In this document: in pieces, positions 25,674 to 36,173 of the stretch
Layout of the letters: each line of letters begins with the position of its first letter
Numbering within the stretch: the first letter of the stretch is position 1
Assembly: GCA_965279515.1 (NCBI GenBank)
Contig: CBDIID010000003.1
Coordinates: 4,128,001-4,192,000 of the forward strand
Direction: 5' to 3'
Length of the DNA: 64,000 bases
Source: Turneriella sp.
GTDB lineage: Bacteria > Spirochaetota > Leptospiria > Turneriellales > Turneriellaceae
Notes under the pieces: model-generated
Told to the model about the DNA's origin: nothing
Database searches by the model: none
The model's input: the letters and a program-made list of their open reading frames with translations, nothing else
Position numbers and translations under genes: made by a program

Positions 25674-26771
25674 ATGGAATTTGTCTATTTTGCCGCGATC
25701 TTGCAGATGCTCTTTCTGCTGGTGTTGCTCTGGCGCCGGCGGCGCCAGCCGGGAATGGCGTACTTTCTCGCGCTGGTCGCTGTCTGTAGTTTTGGGATTT
25801 TTATCGGATATCTCTATGCGACGCGCCGCATTCTCGGCATGCCGAATCTTGCGCGCCTGGGCTTTCCCATGGCCGCGCTCATGGGGCCGCTCCTCTATCT
25901 CGCCTTCCGCAATTTCTGGCACGCAGAACACAGGGTGAGGTGGAGCGACCTCGTGTTCTTTGCGGTACCTTTGGGTGAGCTGATTTACCTCATGCCGTTT
26001 TTCCTGTCTTCGACCGAGGTGAAGGTACGCTACCTGCTCGAAGATTTGCGGCAGATCCATACGGATTGCCTCGTGATTCTCTATATCACGCTCGTGCAGA
26101 ATTTTTGCCTCGTTGGTTTTGCGTGGTTCTCTTTCCTGCGCAAGTCGCAGCCGACCTCTGTTTATTCTGCCCCCGCCGAGGCAAAGCGCCTGCGCCATAT
26201 TTTGCAGGCGACGACATTTTCCCTGGCGCTGGCATTCTCGCTATTCTTCGCGGCTTCGCTCGCAGACCAGAACCTGTTAAATTCCAATATTTTCGGAGCT
26301 TTAATCTCGGTACTGGTTTTGGTGATGGGCTACCTTATCCTTTGGGGCATTATCGATCCGGCACTGATTGTGGGCATGGCCGAACCGGCACCGAAATATT
26401 CAAAGTCGGCGCTGCCGGATGCCCAGCTTGCCGGTATCGGTAAACGCATCGATGCGGCTTTCGTCACGGAAAAATGCCACCGCGACAACGAGCTGACGCT
26501 CGCAAAACTTGCGAGCCTCGTGGGAGAAGGCGTCGCAGTGGTTTCCCAGGTCGTGGCCCGCCACCATGGCAAAACCTTCTATGAATTGTTATCGGAGCAC
26601 AGGCTCCTGGAATTTACGGCCTTAGCGCAGGAAGAAAAGGAAGCTTCGGTTTTGGAACTTGCCTACCGCGCGGGCTTTAATTCAAAAGCGACCTTCAACG
26701 CGGCTTTCCGTCGCAAGTATCAGCAAACCCCGCAGGAATGGCGGCGCCGGCAGGCGATTAAGGATTTGTAA
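25674..26771 (+). CDS. Membrane-anchored AraC-family regulator
   Basis: Several N-terminal TM helices, then KYSKS, LTLAKLA and AGFNSKATFN.AF. Confidence 0.9.
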   Translation: MEFVYFAAILQMLFLLVLLWRRRRQPGMAYFLALVAVCSFGIFIGYLYATRRILGMPNLARLGFPMAALMGPLLYLAFRNFWHAEHRVRWSDLVFFAVPLGELIYLMPFFLSSTEVKVRYLLEDLRQIHTDCLVILYITLVQNFCLVGFAWFSFLRKSQPTSVYSAPAEAKRLRHILQATTFSLALAFSLFFAASLADQNLLNSNIFGALISVLVLVMGYLILWGIIDPALIVGMAEPAPKYSKSALPDAQLAGIGKRIDAAFVTEKCHRDNELTLAKLASLVGEGVAVVSQVVARHHGKTFYELLSEHRLLEFTALAQEEKEASVLELAYRAGFNSKATFNAAFRRKYQQTPQEWRRRQAIKDL

Positions 26772-27720
26772 TCAGCACTTTACCCGCGTGGCCGCCGTCT
26801 TTCAGCGATTGGTAAGCTGCCCGCGTCTGGGAAAGGGGAAATTTTGCCGCGATCACGGCTTTGAGTTTTCCTTCGACGAGTAGTTTTTCCACAAGTTCAA
26901 ATCCCGATTTGCGCGTGCTGAGGTTCGCCATGAGCACGCGGGGGCCGGAAAACAAAAAAGGAATGATGGCGCGCACGATGTTGAGGCCGCGGGGCGTTGT
27001 CGTCACATACTTGCCGCCTTTGAGCAGCAGCCGGGAAGCCGTTGGCAGCGGTGTTGAGCCGAAGGCGTCGTAGAACAGATCGAATTTTTCTCCGTAGGTC
27101 TCCAGGCTCGTCTCTTTATAATCGAGTGCGACATCGGCGCCGAGCTGTTTGACGAAGGCGATATTCTTCTTGCTGCAGACTGTCGTGACATGCGCGCCGA
27201 AATATTTGGCGAGCTGCAGGGCAAAGTGTCCAACGCCGCCCGAGGCGCCCGCAAGCAGAATGCGTTTGCCACGAACGGCGCGACCGCCGTCACCATAGAG
27301 ATAGAGACCGTTTAATGCCGTGAGCGCTCCGACGGGGATTGCCCCCATCGTTTCAAAACTTTGCCCCTCGGGAATGTGGCGGACAACCTTCGTATAGGTA
27401 ACTGTTTTCTCGGCATGCGATCCGGGGCCGCCCAGAAACGAGGTACTGATGCCATAAACCTTATCTCCCTTTTTGAAGCGCGTCACATTGGGGCCTGTCT
27501 CGACGACGACACCGGCGAAATCGCTGCCGGGTATGCGTGGGTATTTCCGGCCGCCGAAAAGTTTCAAACCCTCGCCTTCGAGGATCTTATAATCGACGGG
27601 GTTGACGGAAGCCGCTTTCACTTCGACGACGACTTGCCAACGGCCAGCTGTTGGCTTGGGCTGTTCGCCAAATTGGATAACATCGGGCGTTCCCAATTTT
27701 TCGAAGTAGGCGGCTTGCAT
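26758..27720 (-). CDS. NAD(P)-dependent alcohol dehydrogenase/MDR oxidoreductase
   Basis: ASVNPVD, PGSDFAG, GASGGVG.FA.QLAK and GH..GKV. Confidence 0.9.
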   Translation of the reverse strand: MQAAYFEKLGTPDVIQFGEQPKPTAGRWQVVVEVKAASVNPVDYKILEGEGLKLFGGRKYPRIPGSDFAGVVVETGPNVTRFKKGDKVYGISTSFLGGPGSHAEKTVTYTKVVRHIPEGQSFETMGAIPVGALTALNGLYLYGDGGRAVRGKRILLAGASGGVGHFALQLAKYFGAHVTTVCSKKNIAFVKQLGADVALDYKETSLETYGEKFDLFYDAFGSTPLPTASRLLLKGGKYVTTTPRGLNIVRAIIPFLFSGPRVLMANLSTRKSGFELVEKLLVEGKLKAVIAAKFPLSQTRAAYQSLKDGGHAGKVLITNP

Positions 27721-27775
27721 GGGTTAGTCTATGCGCGAGTTCTGCCCGGTCAAAGCATCTTTAGCGGCGAGCGGT

Positions 27776-28618
27776 TTATTTTCGCAGGGGTATATAGATG
27801 TCGGTCAGCTTCTCACCGTCAGCGAGCGGATTCAGGTAAACTTCAAACGGCGGCAGATTACGTATTTTTAATCTGCGCCCGTCGGCATACGCGCCCAAAA
27901 GAAAGTCATACGCCGCGGGCAGATCTGTATAGGGGCCACGGTGGCGGGCGCGTAGAAAAAGACCGCCGCGTATCACGCGCACCCCGAATTTTTCCGGCGG
28001 CCGAAAGCGGTCGGGTAGGGTGAGGCCAAGGTCGAAGCGGATTTTCTCCGGCGGAGTAATTTCGGGATCGTCGTTGGATATCCCAACCCACTTACTCCGC
28101 TGCAGCGCCGGTGAGAGGGCAAGAGCTACGAGCGCCGCAACCTCGCGGGAATCGGGCAGCGGGCCGGGGAAATCTGTATAGCTGCCGAGACGGCGCAGGT
28201 AGGCGATGCGAAAGGAATCGACCCTCAGTATAACCGGCGCTGCGCCGGACAGGGCTGTGTGCGTCACGGTGAGCCTCGACGTCTTACGGGCGAATTTTTC
28301 CCGGTAGGCCCTGGGGCTGAGATGGAAGATCTTTTTAAATGCCCGCGTAAAAGCTTCGTTTGATGCGAAGCCGGCAGCGAAGGCGATCTCTAAGACCGGG
28401 GTGGCCGCTGTTTTGAGTTCGTATGCCGCACGTTCGGCGATCAGGCGGTTGAGGTACTGTTTCACAGACTCACCCGTCACCCGTTGAAACAGCCGGTGAA
28501 AGTGGTAGTACGAAAAGCCCGAGAGGAAAGCGAGCTGCGCGGGTTTCAGCTGCTTGGCGAACGCGGCTTCGATTTCATCGTAGACCCGGTAAATCCATTC
28601 ACCCTTGTCGTTTTTCAT
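27776..28618 (-). CDS. AraC-family regulator with GyrI-like effector domain
   Basis: FS.YHFHR.F, AGF.S.EAF.RAFK, DDPEIT...IRFD and FEVYLNP...TDIYIPL. Confidence 0.9.
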   Translation of the reverse strand: MKNDKGEWIYRVYDEIEAAFAKQLKPAQLAFLSGFSYYHFHRLFQRVTGESVKQYLNRLIAERAAYELKTAATPVLEIAFAAGFASNEAFTRAFKKIFHLSPRAYREKFARKTSRLTVTHTALSGAAPVILRVDSFRIAYLRRLGSYTDFPGPLPDSREVAALVALALSPALQRSKWVGISNDDPEITPPEKIRFDLGLTLPDRFRPPEKFGVRVIRGGLFLRARHRGPYTDLPAAYDFLLGAYADGRRLKIRNLPPFEVYLNPLADGEKLTDIYIPLRK

Positions 28619-28672
28619 CGCCGCGTCCCGGGGCTTGAAAACGCCGCCGGAACGCGCGGTAAATCATTCGTG

Positions 28673-29050
28673 TCAGGCGTCGCGTTCGGCAACGACGTCG
28701 ACCGCAATGCCGTTAGGGTCCAGCACCGTGAAATGGCTATCACCCCATTCTTCGCGGGTAAGTTCGAGGGCAAAGGGAATGTTCATGGCTTGCACGCGCT
28801 TGTATTCCGCGTCGATATCGCCACTCTCCAGAATCAGCCAGGTTCCCCCGCTATACGGTCTTTGAAAACCTTGAAGGCGCAGATGTTTTTGGTGCGGCAG
28901 CATCAGCGCCAGTTCATTTTCGGGACGGCCGGGGGCGCTCAGTAACACGAACCAGTCGCTCTCGAATTTGCGTTCAAAGCCGAACACGTTTTGGTAAAAA
29001 TCACGGGATTCGGCGAGCTTTTCGGTAATAATTCCTGTCTGCAATTTCAT
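28673..29050 (-). CDS. VOC/glyoxalase-bleomycin resistance family protein
   Basis: ESRDFY...FGFE and EEWGD.HF...DPNG. Confidence 0.88.
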   Translation of the reverse strand: MKLQTGIITEKLAESRDFYQNVFGFERKFESDWFVLLSAPGRPENELALMLPHQKHLRLQGFQRPYSGGTWLILESGDIDAEYKRVQAMNIPFALELTREEWGDSHFTVLDPNGIAVDVVAERDA

Positions 29051-29114
29051 GCAACTAAGGTATTGCAGCCAGGCTGATTGACTTGATCGTTTTTGCTTTC
29101 CCGGTTTTTTTAGC

Positions 29115-29774
29115 TCAAACCACCTGACGCATTTTACCGACCGGGTGGCGCAGCACGGTCTTCATTTTTTCGGGCTTGGTTTTCCGCGGGTCGCTGAGAT
29201 AGATTTCATGGTGCTTTCCGCCCTTCGGGCCTACGTTATCTTCCAACCCGTTTTGTTTCATGTATTCGCGCATGCGTTCGAGGGTCAGAGGCTCGGTTGC
29301 ATACGGCCCGACATGCATGGTCTGGACACAGGGACCTTCGTTGAACAAGGCCAGGCGGACCTTGCCGATGAGGGGATTCTCTGCCTTTTTCTCTGCGGCG
29401 CGATTTTGCGCTTCTTTGAAGTCGGCTTTGGTGACGACATCGGGTGTCAGAATCATCAGCGTATAAAACCAGTTATCTTTCACGGTGATATCAAAAAAAC
29501 CGTCTTCGACCCACCACAATCCCTCGAGCGGCATTACGGGGTAATCTATGGGATTCTTCGCCCGCTTTTTGTACGTAAATTTAAGCGTATAGGCGATGCT
29601 ATAGAGCGCCTCGGTGGCCTGGGCAAAACCGGGTGATTTTCCCGGCTCAGAACCTTTTTCAATAGTGCCGTCGATCATCGCGAAGCTGAGTTTAGGGATT
29701 TTTACGGTTTCGATCTTTCTCGCCGAAGGCTGATACAGGTGTTTGTACTGCTTTTTCAGATCGAGGGTCTTCAT
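29115..29774 (-). CDS. GyrI-like small-molecule-binding protein
   Basis: DLKK..K.LY.P, V.PLEGLWW, H.GPY..E and HHEIYLSDPRK..PEK.KT.LR.P. Confidence 0.85.
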   Translation of the reverse strand: MKTLDLKKQYKHLYQPSARKIETVKIPKLSFAMIDGTIEKGSEPGKSPGFAQATEALYSIAYTLKFTYKKRAKNPIDYPVMPLEGLWWVEDGFFDITVKDNWFYTLMILTPDVVTKADFKEAQNRAAEKKAENPLIGKVRLALFNEGPCVQTMHVGPYATEPLTLERMREYMKQNGLEDNVGPKGGKHHEIYLSDPRKTKPEKMKTVLRHPVGKMRQVV

Positions 29775-29853
29775 GGCCGCGGTTTCGGAAACCCCGGTAT
29801 GCGCGTAAATGGTTTTCCTTTACGCCCTCTCTCTTTTCTTGTTTTCGCAAGTC

Positions 29854-31914
29854 ATGCCGATGCGCGGTACTCTCACTTTTCCCGGCGATAAATCGCTCTC
29901 GCACCGCGCCGCGATTTTAGCCACCTTAGCCCAAGGCACCTCAACGATCACGAATTTTCTCGATGCTGGCGACACCTTAAATACGCTGAAGGCCATGCAG
30001 GCGCTCGGCGCACGTGTCACAGATTTAGGTAACCGCAGCTTCCGCGTCGAATCCGATGGTCTTCACAGTCTGAAATCCCCAGCAGGAGTGATCGACTGCG
30101 GCAATTCAGGCACCGGGTCACGCCTCATTATGGGCCTCATTGCTGGTCTCGAAGGCGTGACCGCGGTCATCGATGGCGATGCGAGTCTGCGCAAGCGCCC
30201 CATGCGCCGTGTCACCGGGCCGCTTGAAAAGGTCGGTGCGAAGTTCGAGTGGCTGGGCGAAAAAGACTGCCTGCCCGTGCGCGTCACGGGAACAAAACTG
30301 CCGCCGATTGAATTTACGGAAACATTGGGTTCTGCGCAGGTGAAATCCGCCGTCATTCTCGCCGCGCTGGCGTCTCAGACATCGCTCACGCTCTACGAGC
30401 CGATACCCTCGCGCGACCACAGTGAAAACATGCTGCGTTTTGCGGGCGTCGATTTGCAGATCGCCCCACCCGGGGGAGGGGGGAAAAAAATTTCGCTCGC
30501 GCCCGGCGCCCTCGTCGAAGCGCGCGACTACAAGATCTGGGGCGATGTCTCTTCTGCCGCGTTCTTTGCCGTCGGCGCGAGCCTTTTGCCTAAAAGCGAG
30601 CTTTTGCTGCGCGGCATTCTGTTAAACCCCTACCGTGACCGCTATCTGGAAGTGTTGCAGAATATGGGCGGCGACATCGAGATTTTGCCGCAGCGCGATG
30701 AATGCGGTGAAAGGGGCGGCGACGTGCTCGTGCGCACAGGCCATCTGCGCGGCATCAAAATTCCCGCGGAGAGTATTCCCTCTGTGATCGACGAACTTCC
30801 GGTGCTGACGATCGCCGGGGCATTCGCCAATGGCAGGTTTTCATACCGCGACGCGAAAGAGCTGCGTGTGAAAGAATCGGACCGCATCGCGATCATGGTG
30901 CAGAATCTCGCGGCATGTGGCGTAAACGTACAGGAGTTCGACGACGGCATGGCGGTCGAGGGTGATCCCGGCCGCGCACTTTCAGGCAAAGTCGAACCGC
31001 ATATGGATCACCGCATCGTCATGTCGTTTGAGATCGCCGACCGCGTCTCACGGCACCTGCGCCACCCCAACGAGAGTGAGGCGGCGGCAGCACCCTGTAT
31101 TCACATCAGCGGCCGCGAATGGGTGGAGACGAGTTTTCCGTCGTTTTATGAGAAACTGAATGCCGTGACGGCGGGCGGGGTAGAGGCGCAAAATCCTGCG
31201 TCTCTACAAAATCACCCCCAGGTTATTACCATCGACGGCCCGGCCGGGTCGGGTAAATCCACCGTTGCGTATATGCTGGCAAAATCTCTCGGGCATAGCC
31301 AGATCGATTCGGGTGCGCTTTACCGCGCCTTCACCTATGCGGGTTACCAGGAGTTCGAGCGCTTGAAGATCGGGGGTCTGTGGCCGAAGGCCGTTGCCGA
31401 AGATGAGCGTATTATTTCCTATCTTGAAGCTATCCCTCTGGAACTCAGATTCTCAGGGGATGGCAAACAGCATGTGATCGTTGAGGGGAAAGAGCTCACG
31501 CATGAGCTCAGGTCGCCTGAAATTGCCGGGCGGATTAAGCCGGTCGCGGATGCCCGTTATATAAGGGAGAGAGTGCGCGAGGTGCTCGTGGCGGCAGCGG
31601 CGAAATATTCGCTGGTGGCCGATGGCCGTGACATGGGGACTGAGGTGTTTACTGAGGCCCGGTTCAAATTCTTTCTCACCGCGCAGAGCCGCACCCGCGC
31701 CGAACGCCGGCTGGCTGAGTTTCGGGAGAAATCCCCCTCGATTACATTGGAAGAGGTGGAGCGGCAGATTATCGAGCGCGACCGCGACGATGCGACACGC
31801 GAATTTGGCGGCCTGCGCCCGGCTGATACGGCCATTTTCATTGACACCTCGTCTCACACTCAAGAGCAAGTGGCAGATATAATGCTCGCGTACATCCGGT
31901 GCGCGGCAGTTTAG
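29854..31914 (+). CDS. aroA-cmk: Fused 3-phosphoshikimate 1-carboxyvinyltransferase / cytidylate kinase
   Basis: PGDKSLSHR, DCGNSGT, SAQVKSA, ELRVKESDR and DHR, then IDGPAGSGKST, DSGALYR, DGRDMGT and ERD..D in one ORF. Confidence 0.92.
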   Translation: MPMRGTLTFPGDKSLSHRAAILATLAQGTSTITNFLDAGDTLNTLKAMQALGARVTDLGNRSFRVESDGLHSLKSPAGVIDCGNSGTGSRLIMGLIAGLEGVTAVIDGDASLRKRPMRRVTGPLEKVGAKFEWLGEKDCLPVRVTGTKLPPIEFTETLGSAQVKSAVILAALASQTSLTLYEPIPSRDHSENMLRFAGVDLQIAPPGGGGKKISLAPGALVEARDYKIWGDVSSAAFFAVGASLLPKSELLLRGILLNPYRDRYLEVLQNMGGDIEILPQRDECGERGGDVLVRTGHLRGIKIPAESIPSVIDELPVLTIAGAFANGRFSYRDAKELRVKESDRIAIMVQNLAACGVNVQEFDDGMAVEGDPGRALSGKVEPHMDHRIVMSFEIADRVSRHLRHPNESEAAAAPCIHISGREWVETSFPSFYEKLNAVTAGGVEAQNPASLQNHPQVITIDGPAGSGKSTVAYMLAKSLGHSQIDSGALYRAFTYAGYQEFERLKIGGLWPKAVAEDERIISYLEAIPLELRFSGDGKQHVIVEGKELTHELRSPEIAGRIKPVADARYIRERVREVLVAAAAKYSLVADGRDMGTEVFTEARFKFFLTAQSRTRAERRLAEFREKSPSITLEEVERQIIERDRDDATREFGGLRPADTAIFIDTSSHTQEQVADIMLAYIRCAAV

Positions 31915-31922
31915 GGGTTTCC

Positions 31923-33626
31923 ATGGCAACGCGCAAAGTTCTCTTTCAAGACAGTAACGTCTCAATGGCAGACGTTTTTAAGACTGATACTGAAGTTGCC
32001 GACATACGGCCGGGGGGCGAAGTCACCGGCAAGATCGTCAGCATCACCCCTGATTTCGCTATCATCGATATGGGCGGCAAATCTGAAGGCCGCATCGGCA
32101 TCCGTGAGTTCGATGTCACACCCGCCGTCGGTGAAACCGTCGAGGCGCTGGTAAAATCCTATGACCGTGAAACGGGCCTGGTTCATCTCTCGAAGCGCGA
32201 GCTCGAAATGCGCCGCGGCTGGGAAGTGGTTAAAGAAGCATTTGAGAAAAATGTTCCTGTCAACGGCCTCGTCAAGCGCTCGATGCGCGACGGTTACATG
32301 GTGAATGTCGAAGGCGTCTTTATGTTCATGCCGCATACAGCGGTGGGTCTTCTGGGGCCACGCGACCGCGGTTCAAAGCGGATCAACATCGTTGGCCAGA
32401 ATTATCTCGTCAAGATCACCGAGCTGAACGACCGCCGCAAAAGCGGTTCGGTATCGCGCAAAATTTTCCAGGATGAGCAGAATGCAACCGTCTGGAAAGA
32501 TATCGGCAGCAAAATCCAGCTCAACCACAGCGTGAAAGGCATTGTTACCAAGCACACGAACTCCGGCGTCTTCATCAACGTCGAAGGCATCGAAGGCTTT
32601 CTGCACCGCAGCAACATGACGTGGGAGCGCAAAGCCGACACCGCAAAAGAAAAACTCGAAATCGGCGCTGAAGTCACTGTCCGCGTTCTTGAGATCGAGC
32701 CGGAAAATCACCGCCTGTCGCTCGGCCTCAAACAACTTACCGACGATCCATGGTCGACTGTGCTCACCCGCTTCAAAGTCGGTGATAAGGTTGAAGGAAA
32801 AATTTCCTTTGTCGCGAACTACGGTGCATTCGTCGAGCTCGGTTCAGGCCTCGAAGGCCTCTTGCACGTCACCGAGATGAGCTGGACGCGCAAGGTAAAC
32901 CACGCCAACGAAATCGTCAAAGTCGGCCAGGACATCGAAACCAAAATCATCGGCATCAACAAAGACGACAAACGCATCTCTCTCGGCCTGCGCCAATTAC
33001 ATGCCAACCCATGGGATACGATCCGCACCGAAGTCAAGGTCGGCGAAACCATGAAGGGCAAGATCCGTGGTCTCACGAACACGGGTATTTTTGTCGCGAT
33101 CACCGACAACATCGATGGTCTGATCAAAAAAGAAGATATCGGCTGGACTGAACCCGCTCCGGACCCTAAAAAGACATACAAGATCGGCGACGAGATCGAA
33201 TTCAAAGTTATTGAAATCAACAGCGAAGACCGCAAGGTGCAGTGTTCGATACGCCATACACTGCCGAACCCATACAAAAAACTGCGCGACAAGTATCCCC
33301 GCGGTACCGTCGTTTCCGGCGTTGTTTCGGGTGTGGTCGACTTCGGCCTCTTCATCAAGTTTGATGAAGGTTACGAAGGTCTTGCGCACCTTTCTACCAT
33401 GGAAAGAGAGCAGAGCGCCAACTTCAAGAAGACGTTTACCAAAGGCCAGGAAATCAAGGCCGTGATCAAAAGCATTGATCCAGAAAGCCGCAAGATTTCC
33501 CTGTCGCTCAAAGATGTCACGTTCGCCCTGGAAAAAATCGAGATGCGCCAGTATCTTGAGAAAGAAAGCTCGAACAAAACGGAAACCGCGAGCCCATTCG
33601 CGAACCTGAAAACACTAGTGTCGTGA
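31923..33626 (+). CDS. rpsA: 30S ribosomal protein S1
   Basis: Repeated S1 domains (YGAFVEL..GLEGLLHVTEMSW, RISLGL); follows cmk. Confidence 0.96.
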   Translation: MATRKVLFQDSNVSMADVFKTDTEVADIRPGGEVTGKIVSITPDFAIIDMGGKSEGRIGIREFDVTPAVGETVEALVKSYDRETGLVHLSKRELEMRRGWEVVKEAFEKNVPVNGLVKRSMRDGYMVNVEGVFMFMPHTAVGLLGPRDRGSKRINIVGQNYLVKITELNDRRKSGSVSRKIFQDEQNATVWKDIGSKIQLNHSVKGIVTKHTNSGVFINVEGIEGFLHRSNMTWERKADTAKEKLEIGAEVTVRVLEIEPENHRLSLGLKQLTDDPWSTVLTRFKVGDKVEGKISFVANYGAFVELGSGLEGLLHVTEMSWTRKVNHANEIVKVGQDIETKIIGINKDDKRISLGLRQLHANPWDTIRTEVKVGETMKGKIRGLTNTGIFVAITDNIDGLIKKEDIGWTEPAPDPKKTYKIGDEIEFKVIEINSEDRKVQCSIRHTLPNPYKKLRDKYPRGTVVSGVVSGVVDFGLFIKFDEGYEGLAHLSTMEREQSANFKKTFTKGQEIKAVIKSIDPESRKISLSLKDVTFALEKIEMRQYLEKESSNKTETASPFANLKTLVS

Positions 33627-34354
33627 AACGCAACCCTTTGACAGTCGTCTGGCAGATTTGCCGGCGCGAGCTCAAAAGTTACTTTCAGTCCGCGCTGGCG
33701 TATTTTATCCTCAGCGTTACGTTTACCCTCGCATTTCTGTGGGGGTATGCCTATATCAAACATGAGAGCACGTCGACCCTGGCGATGCAGCGCATCTTTT
33801 ATATGCTCTCTGGTACGACGATGATTACCGGGGTACTGATTTCGATGCGTCTCATCGCCGAAGAAAAAATGCAGGGTACGATCGAGCTGCTTTTTACCTC
33901 ACCTATTACGGAAACACAGTTAGTGCTGGGCAAATTTGCATCGGCACTCATTTTCCTGGGCATTCAGGCACTCATCACTCTGCCGATTCCCCTTTTGGTT
34001 GTGCTCTACGGCGGCTCAAACCTGGGGCATCTCGTCTCCGGCTTTATCGGTGTGCTGCTGATTGGCGCGGCCACGGCTGCCATGGGAACATTCTATTCCT
34101 CGCTGACTAAGACACAGCTTTTGGCGGCGCTCATGACCGCGGCGAATCTCGTGTTGTTTTTGCTGCTTGGCTTTTTCTCCCCCTTTATAGATCAGCCGCT
34201 CAAGAGTGTTTTGCGCGAGATGAGTTTTTACGTGCATTTTATGGATTTTGAGAAAGGCGTCGTTTCGGTGAAACATGTCCTGTTTTACCTGAGCATCATT
34301 GTTTTCTACCTCTATGCCGCATCGCTCTCGCTGAGTTCGCGGCGCTGGCACTGA
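33623..34354 (+). CDS. ABC-2 type permease (GldF-like)
   Basis: RELKSYF.S..AY, SMRL.AEE...GT.ELL.T.P and GKF. Confidence 0.88.
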   Translation: MKRNPLTVVWQICRRELKSYFQSALAYFILSVTFTLAFLWGYAYIKHESTSTLAMQRIFYMLSGTTMITGVLISMRLIAEEKMQGTIELLFTSPITETQLVLGKFASALIFLGIQALITLPIPLLVVLYGGSNLGHLVSGFIGVLLIGAATAAMGTFYSSLTKTQLLAALMTAANLVLFLLLGFFSPFIDQPLKSVLREMSFYVHFMDFEKGVVSVKHVLFYLSIIVFYLYAASLSLSSRRWH

Positions 34355-34355
34355 T

Positions 34356-36164
34356 ATGAATATGAACCAAATCGTTGCATTTGTCCGCAGTTATCTCAGC
34401 CCGCTGCTGATTTTTTCGCTGCTGTTGTTTTATATAGCCTCGGGTTTCTCCGTGAAGGGGTTTGGCTATTTTTTCGTGCTCTTCATTGCCTCGCTGATCT
34501 ATGTAGGCGCTGGTGTCGTACTCTATACGCTCTTTAAGAACGATGAAAAAAAAGGCGGATCATTCCGCGTGTTGCAGCTGGCTTACTGGTTGATTCTCTT
34601 CTCACTGTTCTGTTATTTTATCCAGATCGATTTTTTCTGGACTAAGTTCGCGGGCGAATCTGCGGGCGCGACATTCGAGCGCCTGCGCCAGATTCTGCAG
34701 ATTATCTACTTCAGCGGCTTTGCCATTTCTTTCGCTGCGCTCTTTGTCTCTTCTGTGATACGCGCAGAGGCCAAAGAAGCTTCCGGCGCAATTTTGACGC
34801 TGGGGGGATTGCTGTTTTTCCTGATTGCACTCAACTACTGGGCACATATCCGTCCCGCCGCGGTGGATATGACGTTGATGCGCAAATTCTCGCTCTCTCA
34901 CGAAAGCCGCAGCCTGCTTTCAGGCATCGATAGCGAAGTGAAGATCACGGCGTTTTATCCGTTTTTCAGCGATATGTACCGCGACGTCGAGTTGATGCTG
35001 CGCGACGCAGCTTCGGCGAACGGTAAGATCTCCTACAATTTCATCGATCCGCTGCGCGAAAAGAATCTCGCGGACGAGAAGAAGATTGATCGTATCGGCA
35101 CTATTCTCATCGAAACGACAGATAAAGATGAAGCTGACCCCAAAAAGAAAATCAAAACGGCAAAATTTGAGATTCTCGATGAAGATGCGGTTAAACGGCT
35201 CGAGCGCGAACTCGTTTCGAATATTTTACAGATCAGCGGCAAGAAGCTGAATATATTTTATGCACAGGGCCATGAAGAAAAATCTGTCTCGGGCGCCTTC
35301 AAGGACGATACGATCGAATCGTTCGACGAAAACCTGCGTGCGCTGCGGCACCACCTGAAACAGCTCTCACCCGCTGAAGGTTTTCCGCAAAAGATGCCGC
35401 AGGCCGACCTGGTGCTGGTGATTGGCCCGCGCCGTGATTTTTCCCAGGCGGAGAAAATCACTCTCAAGAAGTACTTTGACGATGGCGGTAAACTGTTTGT
35501 GGCCGTTGATCCGGAATCGGCTGCTGATTTCTCTTTCCTCCTGGAACCCCTCAAAGTTAAGTTCATTAAAGACAAGGTCCACAGCGATTTTGCCTTACCT
35601 CCCGGTAAGACGACGATCCAGTCGATGAACTATTCAGAGCACGCGATCACAGCACCGTTTGTAAAACGCGGCGAAGAGCGCAAGCTGACGGTTTTCCCGG
35701 GTGTGGGCTACCTCGAAACCAGCAACGAGTCGAACCCCGATTATGACGTGAATTATTTCCTGCTCAGCCACTTCACGAGCTGGATTGATAAAATTCCTAA
35801 CGGCCTGAGGGACGATAAAAAAGAACCCATCGCTTCCTTTAAGATCGGCATGGCCGTGAAATCCAAGAAAAATGCCGGGCGTCTTATCTTTGTAGGCGAT
35901 TCCGACTTTCTCGTGAACAAATTCATCGACATGCAGCAGAACAAAGAGCTGGCGATGCGCACGATCGGTTGGCTGGCCGAAGACGACAAGCTGACGGGTA
36001 TCGTGGCCGGAAAGTATGACGACGAAAAGGTTAAACTCACGGGTACTAAAGACACGGTGGTGTTTCACCTGTTCCTCTACATTTACCCGGGCTTGATTCT
36101 TATTGTTGGTTTTATGGTTGTGCGCTCAAAGCGCAGGCGTATGACCGAACACAGAGCGGCGTAG
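34356..36164 (+). CDS. GldG-like ABC-associated membrane protein
   Basis: D.T....FSLS.ES, FIDP, GH.E, GP..D.S..E, GG.L, GDSDF..N and a C-terminal TM. Confidence 0.8.
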   Translation: MNMNQIVAFVRSYLSPLLIFSLLLFYIASGFSVKGFGYFFVLFIASLIYVGAGVVLYTLFKNDEKKGGSFRVLQLAYWLILFSLFCYFIQIDFFWTKFAGESAGATFERLRQILQIIYFSGFAISFAALFVSSVIRAEAKEASGAILTLGGLLFFLIALNYWAHIRPAAVDMTLMRKFSLSHESRSLLSGIDSEVKITAFYPFFSDMYRDVELMLRDAASANGKISYNFIDPLREKNLADEKKIDRIGTILIETTDKDEADPKKKIKTAKFEILDEDAVKRLERELVSNILQISGKKLNIFYAQGHEEKSVSGAFKDDTIESFDENLRALRHHLKQLSPAEGFPQKMPQADLVLVIGPRRDFSQAEKITLKKYFDDGGKLFVAVDPESAADFSFLLEPLKVKFIKDKVHSDFALPPGKTTIQSMNYSEHAITAPFVKRGEERKLTVFPGVGYLETSNESNPDYDVNYFLLSHFTSWIDKIPNGLRDDKKEPIASFKIGMAVKSKKNAGRLIFVGDSDFLVNKFIDMQQNKELAMRTIGWLAEDDKLTGIVAGKYDDEKVKLTGTKDTVVFHLFLYIYPGLILIVGFMVVRSKRRRMTEHRAA

Positions 36165-36173
36165 CCGCATCCC

